Positions 1 through 7,697 of a stretch of DNA of 42,742 nt are shown piece by piece. The stretch is taken from positions 1 through 42,742 of IMG/VR virus record IMGVR_UViG_3300008116_000220; one strand, written 5' to 3'. The notes under the pieces were generated by a model. That model saw only the letters and a program-made list of their open reading frames with translations, had not been told where the DNA came from and searched no databases. The first letter of the stretch is position 1. The number at the start of each line of letters is the position of its first letter. This DNA comes from a virus. Its lineage: Duplodnaviria > Caudoviricetes. Position numbers and translations under genes: made by a program.

Positions 1-424
1 TACTGGAAAGAGAGTCATTAAAGTTGCAAGTGGGGAACTCAAACCAGAAGATGTATTCTTTGTTCGTCCTCCTGGTTTCTATACCAATCGTTATGGTAAG
101 AAGTATGATTGGACCCAAGAAGATTACCAAGACGAACTTGGTTGGATTCTAGAAGGTTGTAAGCGTTATGCCGCAAAATATGAAAAGGGAATGTGTGAAG
201 AACACATTAGGGATTATCTTGCACAAGCAATTCGTCAGAACTTTGTGGTTTCTTTTAACCTACGCTCTGTTCTTCACTTTATGGATTTGCGAGCAAAGAT
301 GGACGCACAACTAGAGATTCAATCATTGTGTGAGCAGATTGCTCCTCACCTTGAGAGATGGTCTCCAAATGTGTGGAAGTATTATGAGGAGAAGCGACTA
401 CATAGAGCAAGACTTTCTCCCTGA
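1..424 (+). CDS. thyX: FAD-dependent thymidylate synthase ThyX, 5'-truncated by the window edge
   Basis: Frame is open from position 2 (TGKRVIKVASGELKPEDVFFVRPPGFYTNRYGKKY...) through RDYL..AIRQNFVVSFNLRS..HFMDLRAKMDAQLEI, matching the cyanobacterial/cyanophage ThyX C-terminus. The 77-aa ORF call is only its tail. Confidence 0.9.
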   Translation, partial: TGKRVIKVASGELKPEDVFFVRPPGFYTNRYGKKYDWTQEDYQDELGWILEGCKRYAAKYEKGMCEEHIRDYLAQAIRQNFVVSFNLRSVLHFMDLRAKMDAQLEIQSLCEQIAPHLERWSPNVWKYYEEKRLHRARLSP

Positions 425-430
425 GGTTTT

Positions 431-589
431 ATGAAGAGTTGGTGTTTAAAAGATCATCTAACAGGACACATCTTTAAAGTTATTCTTACTGAAGATGATC
501 TTCAAAAATACTTAAAAGATAATCCGGATATTCAAGAGTGTATAGATTGTATTGAGTGTGATGACGCTCCTTCTATTATCATTGACTAA
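431..589 (+). CDS. Small hypothetical protein (52 aa), apparent paralog of the next ORF
   Basis: Read by hand: MKSWCLKDHLTGHIFKVILTEDDLQKYLKDNPDIQECIDCIECDDAPSIIID. GAGG SD-like run at 423-426. Fills the gap between thyX and the next gene. Confidence 0.7.
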   Translation: MKSWCLKDHLTGHIFKVILTEDDLQKYLKDNPDIQECIDCIECDDAPSIIID

Positions 590-592
590 ATA
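586..592 (+). promoter_or_regulatory. T4-type late promoter (CTAAATA)
   Basis: Matches the cyanophage gp55 late consensus, about 25 nt upstream of a gene start. Confidence 0.55.
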
Positions 593-612
593 TCCTTACA
601 CACTATGGAGGA

Positions 613-867
613 ATGAATTTGGCTACGTACCCCGTCGTTAATAAATCCACGGGTGAACAAAAAGAAATAGTTCTTAGTGTTCATGAATGGGATCAATGGA
701 AAAAAGACAATCCAGAGTGGGAAAGAGATTGGTCAGACCCAAGTACCTGTCCTGCATCTGGTGAAATTGGTGAGGTCTATGATAGACTGAAAAAGTCTCA
801 TCCAGGATGGAATGATGTCCTAGGTCGTGTAAGCAAAGTCCCAAAATCAAGAGTTAAACCTGTATAA
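613..867 (+). CDS. Conserved cyanophage hypothetical protein; real start may be TTG at 619
   Basis: ATYPVVNKSTGEQKE...WDQWKKDNPEWERDWSDP is the small protein typically found between thyX and phoH in T4-like cyanophages. GGAGGA at 607-612 is spaced for TTG619. Confidence 0.8.
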   Translation: MNLATYPVVNKSTGEQKEIVLSVHEWDQWKKDNPEWERDWSDPSTCPASGEIGEVYDRLKKSHPGWNDVLGRVSKVPKSRVKPV

Positions 868-878
868 CCTGGATATAA

Positions 879-886
879 TATAAATA
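879..886 (+). promoter_or_regulatory. Perfect T4 late promoter TATAAATA upstream of the HNH endonuclease
   Basis: Exact TATAAATA 25 nt upstream of ATG912, lying between AACCTGG and CCAGGTT inverted-repeat arms. Confidence 0.7.
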
Positions 887-911
887 AGTTTATGCTATTC
901 CAACCAGGTTT

Positions 912-1562
912 ATGTCTAGAACTTTTATAAAGCATCCAGAAATAAAAGTGGGAGATAAATTTTATTATCTTGAAGTTATTTCTCCTCCTTTTTTTGAAAC
1001 TTATTCCAACGGCAGAAAAAGAAAAAAACTTTTATGTAGATGTGTTTGTGGAAATGAAAAAATTTTTATGTATGAAAGTTTCTTATGTAAAAATGAATTA
1101 GACAGAGCAAAAAGTTGTGGATGCAAGCACACTTATAGAAATAATCTAAACTCTCAAAAAAGAAGAAAACCTGAAAGCGTTTATAGGTACATTTATGAAC
1201 AGTATCAATCTGGGGCTAAATCCAGAAATATAGATTTTGATCTATCAAAAGAAGAACATCTTGAAATTATTAAACAAAATTGCTATTATTGTGGATCAGA
1301 ACCAGAATTAAAACAACCTAACAGAGGTAGGGGAAAACATGTAGGAGTTCCTGTTCCTTATAATGGAATTGATAGAATAGATAATACAAAGGGATATGAA
1401 AAACAAAATTGTGTTCCTTGTTGCACTAAATGCAACTATATGAAAAGTGATATGGATGTATCTTCATTCGCTGAACATGTATTAAAAATAACAAATCATT
1501 TACAAAAATCTAAATGGCAAGAAGAAGAAGGACAGATGATCAACCAATTGGCGTTGGTATGA
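912..1562 (+). CDS. Free-standing HNH-family homing endonuclease
   Basis: C-terminal CYYCG...NGIDRIDNTKGYEKQNCVPCCTKCNYMK is a beta-beta-alpha-Me/zinc motif. N-terminal VGDKF..LEVI...CRCVCGNEK...KSCGC module is typical of phage homing endonucleases. Overlaps the phoH start by 49 nt. Confidence 0.85.
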   Translation: MSRTFIKHPEIKVGDKFYYLEVISPPFFETYSNGRKRKKLLCRCVCGNEKIFMYESFLCKNELDRAKSCGCKHTYRNNLNSQKRRKPESVYRYIYEQYQSGAKSRNIDFDLSKEEHLEIIKQNCYYCGSEPELKQPNRGRGKHVGVPVPYNGIDRIDNTKGYEKQNCVPCCTKCNYMKSDMDVSSFAEHVLKITNHLQKSKWQEEEGQMINQLALV

Positions 1563-2269
1563 CCGCTAAACAAATGAAGCGTAAAAAACCAATTGGTTCT
1601 GAGTTGATGAGAGAGATTGAACCTCTCACAGACAATCAAAAACTTTTGTATAAATCATATGAAAAAAATCAACATGTCGTTGCTTATGGATGTGCTGGAA
1701 CAGGTAAAACTTTCATCACTCTTTATAATGCTCTTCAAGATGTTTTAGATGAAAGAAGTCCTTACGAAAAAATCTATATTGTAAGGTCTCTTGTTGCTAC
1801 TCGTGAAATTGGTTTTCTTCCTGGAGACCACGAAGATAAGTCATCTCTTTATCAAATTCCTTATAAGAATATGGTAAAGTATATGTTCCAAATGCCAGAT
1901 GATGCATCTTTTGAAATGCTCTATGGAAACCTCAAAACTCAAGGTACAATTAGTTTTTGGAGTACTTCTTTTATTCGTGGAACTACTCTGGACAACTCAA
2001 TCATTATCGTAGATGAATTCCAAAACCTGAACTATCATGAACTTGATAGTATCATTACTCGTGTAGGAGAGAATAGTAAAATCATGTTCTGTGGTGATGC
2101 TACTCAATCTGACCTCGTTAAGACCAATGAAAAGAATGGAATCGTTGATTTTATGAAGGTTCTTCGTATCATGCCCTCAATTGATATTATTGAATTTGGT
2201 GTTGATGATATTGTTCGTTCCGGATTTGTGAAGGAATATATTCTTGCTAAAATGGAAGTCGGTGTATGA
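1514..2269 (+). CDS. phoH: PhoH-like ATPase
   Basis: Walker A GCAGTGKT, REIGFLPGD, FIRGTTL, IIVDEFQN, ITRVGENSK, GDATQSDL and DIVRSG motifs. Confidence 0.96.
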   Translation: MARRRRTDDQPIGVGMTAKQMKRKKPIGSELMREIEPLTDNQKLLYKSYEKNQHVVAYGCAGTGKTFITLYNALQDVLDERSPYEKIYIVRSLVATREIGFLPGDHEDKSSLYQIPYKNMVKYMFQMPDDASFEMLYGNLKTQGTISFWSTSFIRGTTLDNSIIIVDEFQNLNYHELDSIITRVGENSKIMFCGDATQSDLVKTNEKNGIVDFMKVLRIMPSIDIIEFGVDDIVRSGFVKEYILAKMEVGV

Positions 2270-2946
2270 CATTTATTCATCATAATTTTTTAGGTGATAT
2301 TGAACTAGAATGCAAAACAACAGAGAGCATCCGTCTCTATAATCTACCAAGTGGAGATTGGGTGCCTTCTATCACTTCAGTCACTTCTTTTTACAATCGT
2401 CAAATCTTTATTGACTGGAGAAAACGTGTAGGACTTGAAGAAGCAAATCGTATTACAAAGAAAGCAACCGCAAGAGGAACTGATTTTCACCAAGTCTGTC
2501 AGGATTATTTGGAAAATAAAGAACTTGTTTGGGATGATTATCATCTCCTGACAAAACATATGTTTCATCATGCAAAACCTTATCTTGATAAGATAAATAA
2601 TATTCATGCAATTGAAAGAACACTTTATTCAGAATATCTTGGACTTGCTGGAAGAGTCGATTGCATTGCGGAATATGAAGGCGAGTTGGCTGTAATAGAC
2701 TTTAAAACATCAGATAAAATCAAACCGGAAAAATGGATTGAGAATTACTTCGTCCAAGAAACATTTTATGCTGCCGCATATTATGAACTTACAGGACAAG
2801 TGGTTAAAAAACTTATCACGCTAATGGTTACTCCTGGTGGGGAAGTTAAAGTGTTTGACAAAAGAAATAAAGGGGACTATATTAAACTTCTAGTTCGATA
2901 CATTAAAGAATTTGTACATCACAATACTGGGTCAAATGGAGAATGA
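2266..2946 (+). CDS. PD-(D/E)XK exonuclease
   Basis: PSITSV, RGTDFH, E..LYSEYLGLAGRVDCIAE...VIDFKTS and YFVQ..FYA motifs. Usual neighbour of phoH in cyanomyoviruses. Confidence 0.88.
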   Translation: MTFIHHNFLGDIELECKTTESIRLYNLPSGDWVPSITSVTSFYNRQIFIDWRKRVGLEEANRITKKATARGTDFHQVCQDYLENKELVWDDYHLLTKHMFHHAKPYLDKINNIHAIERTLYSEYLGLAGRVDCIAEYEGELAVIDFKTSDKIKPEKWIENYFVQETFYAAAYYELTGQVVKKLITLMVTPGGEVKVFDKRNKGDYIKLLVRYIKEFVHHNTGSNGE

Positions 2947-3193
2947 GTTAGAGAAAGCACTAGAAAGTAAGTTTTTCTGCCCATCGAGGTTTGCACAAGA
3001 AATTGAAAATCTTGTTCACGTTAATATAGAAATGAATTATATTGATGCTATTATTCATTTTTGTGAACATAATAATATTGATTTGGAATCAGTTCCAAAA
3101 CTTATCTCTAAACCTTTGAAGGAAAAAATTAAATACGAAGCAATGGAACTTAATTTTCTTAAAAAAACTTCCCGTGCAAAATTGGTTTTTTAA
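2936..3193 (+). CDS. gp33: Late-transcription coactivator gp33 (start probably ATG2936)
   Basis: F..EIE.LV....MNYIDAIIHFCE.NNIDLESVPKLISKPLKEKIKYEAMELNFLK; synteny gp33-gp59-gp32. Confidence 0.9.
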   Translation: MENELEKALESKFFCPSRFAQEIENLVHVNIEMNYIDAIIHFCEHNNIDLESVPKLISKPLKEKIKYEAMELNFLKKTSRAKLVF

Positions 3194-3251
3194 TCCATTT
3201 TTGGTCGAAAAAAATTCCGGCAAAAAAATCCCTATATTACTTTTTTGAATG
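3192..3251 (+). repeat. Copy 1 of a 60-bp A/T-tract leader element (copy 2 at 34425-34484)
   Basis: AATCCATTTTTGGTCGAAAAAAATTCC is identical over 27 bp in both copies, followed by GCAAAA and TATTACTTTTT..AATG at the same offsets. Confidence 0.9.
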
Positions 3252-3845
3252 ATGCCATTCGATGCCTATCGTGAGTACCTTGCTCTAAAAAATCACTTTA
3301 CAAAAGATAGTTATGACTATCATAAGTACTGTGGAAAAAGTAGAGCAACGGTACAATCTTTCTACAAACGGAAAGATCGATTTTGGTTTGAAAAGATTGC
3401 AAGGCAAAAATCAGATAAAGAAATAGTTGATTTTTTTGTTGCTAATTTTGTATCATGCTCTGATCCAGAAACACTTTGGATTGGTGAAATGATAAAGGAA
3501 GGTGAAGATAGATATAAAGATTGGCAGAAAAAAATTCAATCACTTTCCTATATTTTTAAAGAAGAAAGTCAATCTTTATTCGAAGAAAATAAATTTGAAG
3601 ATGTCTTTAAGTGTTCAAAAGGACATCCAGTTCTACTTAAAAATTTTCTAAGTGGAAAAATATCATTGGAAACAATGGTGCTTTTCGATAAGATCTTTTT
3701 ATACTCAAAGAATTTTGACAAAAAACTTAAAGATCCTGTATGGGAAACCGTTAGTCGTAAAGTTAGAAAGTACACACCATTTATAAATACTGACATCTTT
3801 CGCTATCGTAAAATTTTGAAAGATCTTATTTTGGAGGATCAATGA
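3249..3845 (+). CDS. gp59: Helicase loader gp59
   Basis: YLALKNHFTKDSYDYHKYCGK, FYKRKDRFWFEK and ISLETMVLFD motifs; position between gp33 and gp32. Confidence 0.88.
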   Translation: MMPFDAYREYLALKNHFTKDSYDYHKYCGKSRATVQSFYKRKDRFWFEKIARQKSDKEIVDFFVANFVSCSDPETLWIGEMIKEGEDRYKDWQKKIQSLSYIFKEESQSLFEENKFEDVFKCSKGHPVLLKNFLSGKISLETMVLFDKIFLYSKNFDKKLKDPVWETVSRKVRKYTPFINTDIFRYRKILKDLILEDQ

Positions 3846-4186
3846 GTTTTTTTAGATCTGAAGTTGTCCGTGCAGAGATGACTGAAATTGCTGAACTTCA
3901 AGAACAAATTTACGGAAATATTTTTAAATTTCCAACGATGTCTAAACAAGAAAAACTTGAGCATGTTGAAGTTCTTGAAACTCTTCTAGATAAGCAAAAA
4001 GTTCTTTATACAAGAATGAGTTTGTCAGATGATCCAGAGGCAAAAGAAATGAAAGAAAGAATTGTAAATTCTGCGATTATGATGGGGATGCCCTCTGGAA
4101 CGGATATGAATATCATTCTCAACAATATGTCAAAAATGCTGGATATGATGAAAGAGCAGATTGACAAAACGGGGTCAGACCTGTAG
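3842..4186 (+). CDS. DUF1825-like cyanophage/cyanobacterial protein
   Basis: MSFF.SEVV..E...I..LQ and KQKVLYTRMSLSDDPEAKEMKE; conserved location upstream of gp32. Confidence 0.8.
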   Translation: MSFFRSEVVRAEMTEIAELQEQIYGNIFKFPTMSKQEKLEHVEVLETLLDKQKVLYTRMSLSDDPEAKEMKERIVNSAIMMGMPSGTDMNIILNNMSKMLDMMKEQIDKTGSDL

Positions 4187-4189
4187 AAT
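4161..4189 (+). promoter_or_regulatory. Sigma70-like early promoter for gp32
   Basis: TTGACA (4161-4166), 17-nt spacer, TAGAAT (4184-4189). Confidence 0.8.
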
Positions 4190-4255
4190 AAAGTGGGCTG
4201 AACGATCCCTTAAGCAAAGTTACAAAGGCCAAATACAATTAACAAAGGTAATCAA

Positions 4256-5206
4256 ATGTCATTTGAATCTCTTAAAAAGCAATCTTCTCTTGGATCTCTG
4301 ACACAGAAACTTGTGAAGGAAGTTGAAAAAATGAGCACTCCTGGTGTGGGTGGTGCTGATGAACGTCTATGGAAACCCGAAATGGGAAAGGACGGAGTAG
4401 GATCTGCGGTAATTCGTTTCCTTCCTGCACCCGATGGTGAAGAACTTCCTTGGGCAAAGATGTACTCGCACGCTTTCCAAGGTCCTGGTGGATGGTATAT
4501 TGAAAACTCTTTGACCACTATCGGGCAAAAAGATCCTCTTGGGGAACATAACCGCGAACTTTGGAATACTGGTTCTGAAACCAATAAAGAAATTGTTCGT
4601 AAGCAAAAACGTAAGCTTAACTATTATAGCAATATTTACGTTGTAAAGGATCCTGCAAATCCTCAAAATGAAGGAAAGGTTTTTCTTTTCAAGTATGGTA
4701 AGAAAATCTTTGATAAGATTATGGAAGCAATGCAACCTGAGTTTGAGGACGAAGAACCCATCAATCCTTTTGACTTCTGGGCAGGTGCTAATTTCAAACT
4801 CAAAATCGTAAAGAAAGATGGGTATTGGAATTACGATAAGTCTGAATTTGACCGCGTTGCACCACTCCTGGATGATGATGATGCTCTTGAATCTATCTGG
4901 AAGAAAGAGTATTCTCTAACTGCAATTACTGCTCCAGATCAGTTTAAGTCTTATGAAGATCTTGAACGTCGTATGAATATGGTTCTTGGTGTTAAGAGTT
5001 CATCTCCTACCCGTTCCCGTGCAGTAATTGAACAAGAAGACGATCTGGAAGACTTGGTTCAAACTCCAACAGTCCAAAGTCGTGTAGTGGAAGAACTTGA
5101 AGAGTCTTATACTCGTTCTAAGTCTTCTTCTCTTCCTAAAGTCACTTCAGATGATGACGATGAAGATGATGCTCTTGCATATTTTTCTCGTCTCGCAAAT
5201 GATTGA
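4256..5206 (+). CDS. gp32: Single-stranded DNA-binding protein gp32
   Basis: DERLWKP, AVIRFLPAP, HAFQGPGGWYIENSLTT, YYSNIYVVKDP, FKYGKKIFDKI and NYDKSEF motifs; acidic C-terminal tail. Confidence 0.97.
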   Translation: MSFESLKKQSSLGSLTQKLVKEVEKMSTPGVGGADERLWKPEMGKDGVGSAVIRFLPAPDGEELPWAKMYSHAFQGPGGWYIENSLTTIGQKDPLGEHNRELWNTGSETNKEIVRKQKRKLNYYSNIYVVKDPANPQNEGKVFLFKYGKKIFDKIMEAMQPEFEDEEPINPFDFWAGANFKLKIVKKDGYWNYDKSEFDRVAPLLDDDDALESIWKKEYSLTAITAPDQFKSYEDLERRMNMVLGVKSSSPTRSRAVIEQEDDLEDLVQTPTVQSRVVEELEESYTRSKSSSLPKVTSDDDDEDDALAYFSRLAND

Positions 5207-5899
5207 TTAGGAATAAAGTCTAATATTATCAGCAGTTTTTAAGGTTTCGGTTTTAAATTGACCGGAACCTTTTTTGTATTTCATAATATCGTCCATATCA
5301 TCAATAATAACATTTAAATATCTTGCTTTAAGTAAGAATATACTTCTTTTATTATCTTCGATTTTTTCTTCATACTCATAATTTGTAATCGGAGTGACTG
5401 GATATATGGTTGAATATGCTGAAATTAGTTCGTCATAGTATGTAAGGGAATAATTTTCATCTACCATCAATCCCTCTCTTACTAAAATTGCACCAGAAGA
5501 ATTGGTTGCCCTAGTTGTTTCATAATGATGTATCCCATTATAAATTCGATTATAAGTATCTGTCTCTGTATCCCCAACAACTTTATATTTTTCAAACAAG
5601 TAGGTGTCAAATGAAGTTTGGGTTAAGGGCCATTCGGTTTGTATGCTAAGAATATTATTGGAAATTAAAACAATCCAATCTAAATTGGAATCTCCATAAA
5701 ATTCATATGCTACATTGTCTGGTCTGTCGTCACCAACTATCTTATATTTTTCAAAGAACATTAGATTTTGAAAAATATCAGGTCTAATTTTTCCCCTCTT
5801 AAAAAAATTTTTGACTTGAATATAGTCTCCAATCTTAGAATTTGGAAGTCTATTTACATATTCAAAATCTGGAACTTTTCTAAAATATTCGTTTGCCAT
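5207..5899 (-). CDS. gp53: Baseplate wedge subunit gp53
   Basis: YF..VPDFEY, Y.I..DDRPDNVAYEFYGDSNLDWIVLISNNI...EWP, IHHYET and TNYEYE....D.KR.I motifs. Confidence 0.9.
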   Translation of the reverse strand: MANEYFRKVPDFEYVNRLPNSKIGDYIQVKNFFKRGKIRPDIFQNLMFFEKYKIVGDDRPDNVAYEFYGDSNLDWIVLISNNILSIQTEWPLTQTSFDTYLFEKYKVVGDTETDTYNRIYNGIHHYETTRATNSSGAILVREGLMVDENYSLTYYDELISAYSTIYPVTPITNYEYEEKIEDNKRSIFLLKARYLNVIIDDMDDIMKYKKGSGQFKTETLKTADNIRLYS

Positions 5900-5900
5900 T

Positions 5901-7232
5901 TTAGTAACCTATATTTGTATCTATTGATTTTCCATCAAGGTTTCTATAATCATCATTAAAGATTGGTTCGAGTTCTTGGAATTGCATTGATATTTCATAG
6001 GAAGTCATTAGACCATCTGCAAAGGTCATATAATTTCCTTCTGGAGTATAATTTACGGTAAATGATTGCAAGGCACACTCTTTAATTAGATTAATATATG
6101 GATGATCTTTTTCTTTATGCAAATATCTTATTTTGAATGTATGAGGTGCTTTTAGGAAGAGTTGGGATTGTGTTCTCTGGACCGCCATTCCTTGTTTGAA
6201 GAATCTTATAATCTGACGAATTTCATCTCTATCTTTAGTACCTCTTGCAGATAGTTTGAAGTTAAATGTGAAAGGTCTTAGTGTTGGACCTGAGAACAGT
6301 AACTCCATATTTGGATTTGTTATTGCACCTTGGGTTCTTGATAATAAATTCGTTGTCCCAGTTGCTGCTTGTGCAAAATAACTCTTTACCCATTCTTTTG
6401 CATCTGCGGAGTTATTTCCAATATCTCCAACTGTTCCTTCAGTGGTATTAGCACCTGCTTCTCCTCCACCACCAATTGCTGACATAGCAATGTTTGCAAG
6501 CATTGATTGTATGGGATTCATATCATCACTTCCCCAAGTCACTGCGTTAGTGTCTGAAATTCCACCTGGTATTGGTAAATATACTCTTCCTATGATTAAT
6601 TCATCTGTAATTTCTCTTCTTTCTTGAATTGGGTTTATCGTTCCTTCTCCACTTTTAAATTTTCTTGGTGAATATTTCACCATATTAAATTGTATTACGT
6701 CCTGTTGAGCAATTTGAAGATCTGCAGGATATGTTAAATTTTTTGGAAAAGAAGACCTTGATAAAGCTTCGGTTTCTTTTGAGGTTATATCTGATAGAGA
6801 TGCTTGCGCTTCTTCTGTAGTTACCGTTTCTGATGCTTGATTTTTTGCACTTACTGCCAATTGTGCTTGGTCTTGGTTAGATAGTGGCTGTGGCGCACTC
6901 TTTGCGGAGGATTTAATTGCGTTCTGAGTATCTGTTTTTAAAGCACCATCTTTTAAAGATTTTTGAGCATCTGCTCCAAAAATTGGTTTCTCATCTATTC
7001 CATTCTTAAAGGTCCAGCTTGCTCCTCCATTAGAAGTTTCCGCTGCTTGGACCCAGTTTTTTACAAAGGTTGTAGAATTATTGTAAGCAATATATGATTT
7101 TTGAGTCCCTGGAATTAGTTTTCCATTATTATCTACTTGATACTGCGTCTGAACATAATATTCTAGAGGAGTTCCTTGAGATCCAACTTTTGTAATTGTA
7201 GGTTTGCTTTCTATTAATTTTGTTGTTGCCAT
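5901..7232 (-). CDS. gp48: Baseplate tail-tube cap gp48
   Basis: LTYPADL, VYLPIPGGISD, NPNMELLFSGPTLRPFTFNFKL, CALQSFTVNYTPEG and MQFQELEPI motifs. Confidence 0.9.
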   Translation of the reverse strand: MATTKLIESKPTITKVGSQGTPLEYYVQTQYQVDNNGKLIPGTQKSYIAYNNSTTFVKNWVQAAETSNGGASWTFKNGIDEKPIFGADAQKSLKDGALKTDTQNAIKSSAKSAPQPLSNQDQAQLAVSAKNQASETVTTEEAQASLSDITSKETEALSRSSFPKNLTYPADLQIAQQDVIQFNMVKYSPRKFKSGEGTINPIQERREITDELIIGRVYLPIPGGISDTNAVTWGSDDMNPIQSMLANIAMSAIGGGGEAGANTTEGTVGDIGNNSADAKEWVKSYFAQAATGTTNLLSRTQGAITNPNMELLFSGPTLRPFTFNFKLSARGTKDRDEIRQIIRFFKQGMAVQRTQSQLFLKAPHTFKIRYLHKEKDHPYINLIKECALQSFTVNYTPEGNYMTFADGLMTSYEISMQFQELEPIFNDDYRNLDGKSIDTNIGY

Positions 7233-7294
7233 TAAAAGTTCCTCCCACCTCTAGTAGGAATAAGCATCTCAATTTTTTGTAGAGTATGAGACAT
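7232..7294 (-). CDS. Putative 20-aa leader ORF (MSHTLQKIEMLIPTRGGRNF) coupled to gp48
   Basis: ATG at 7294-7292; its TAA overlaps the gp48 ATG (TAATG). Lies just downstream of a late promoter. Confidence 0.5.
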   Translation of the reverse strand: MSHTLQKIEMLIPTRGGRNF

Positions 7295-7310
7295 TTATAA
7301 TGGGAGTTTC

Positions 7311-7697
7311 TTATTTATTTAGTAGGAATTTTGCATAAGGTATAGTAAGCATTTCGTCAAGTTCTTCATACCTTACTACGTGAAGTTTTCCTGCAACTTC
7401 TTGCCAAGTGTATTGTCGGTATTTTCTCCAATGAAAATTAATTCCTCTAAATCCCCACGGTTCTATTGATGTGCAGGCAATTAGTGGATGCTGATCGTAC
7501 TTAAGACCTGGAGTTTTGGCATTGTAGATAAAGGTATAAAATTTTCCTACTTCTGGGTATAATGCTTCTTCTTTTAATTCATCTATGATAATTATCATCA
7601 AGTCTTCGGAATCAGTAGCTCTTTCTCGTTGAATTCTTTTTTTCAGTTCCCTCATTCTTGGAGGTAAATTGAGATATTGACCAAAACCTTCTGCCAT
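7311..7697 (-). CDS. gp2: DNA end-protector protein gp2-like
   Basis: P.VGKFYTFIYNAKT....YDQHPLI.....WGFRGINFHW; synteny gp4-gp2-gp48-gp53. Confidence 0.75.
   Translation of the reverse strand: MAEGFGQYLNLPPRMRELKKRIQRERATDSEDLMIIIIDELKEEALYPEVGKFYTFIYNAKTPGLKYDQHPLIACTSIEPWGFRGINFHWRKYRQYTWQEVAGKLHVVRYEELDEMLTIPYAKFLLNK
7316..7322 (-). promoter_or_regulatory. Late promoter CTAAATA for gp48-gp53
   Basis: TATTTAG on the + strand at the end of gp2. Confidence 0.6.

Noticed and set aside
912-1562. Group I intron around the HNH gene
   Set aside because: The flanking genes are intact and there is no room for intron core elements; it is free-standing.
2266-2946. Cas4 as evidence of a CRISPR system
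   Set aside because: PD-(D/E)XK nuclease without the four-Cys Fe-S pattern; a standard neighbour of phoH in these phages.
5765-5815. Phased A/T tracts in gp53 resembling the 60-bp leader element
   Set aside because: No real sequence identity to the repeat; explained by codons for KNFFKRGKIRPDIFQN.
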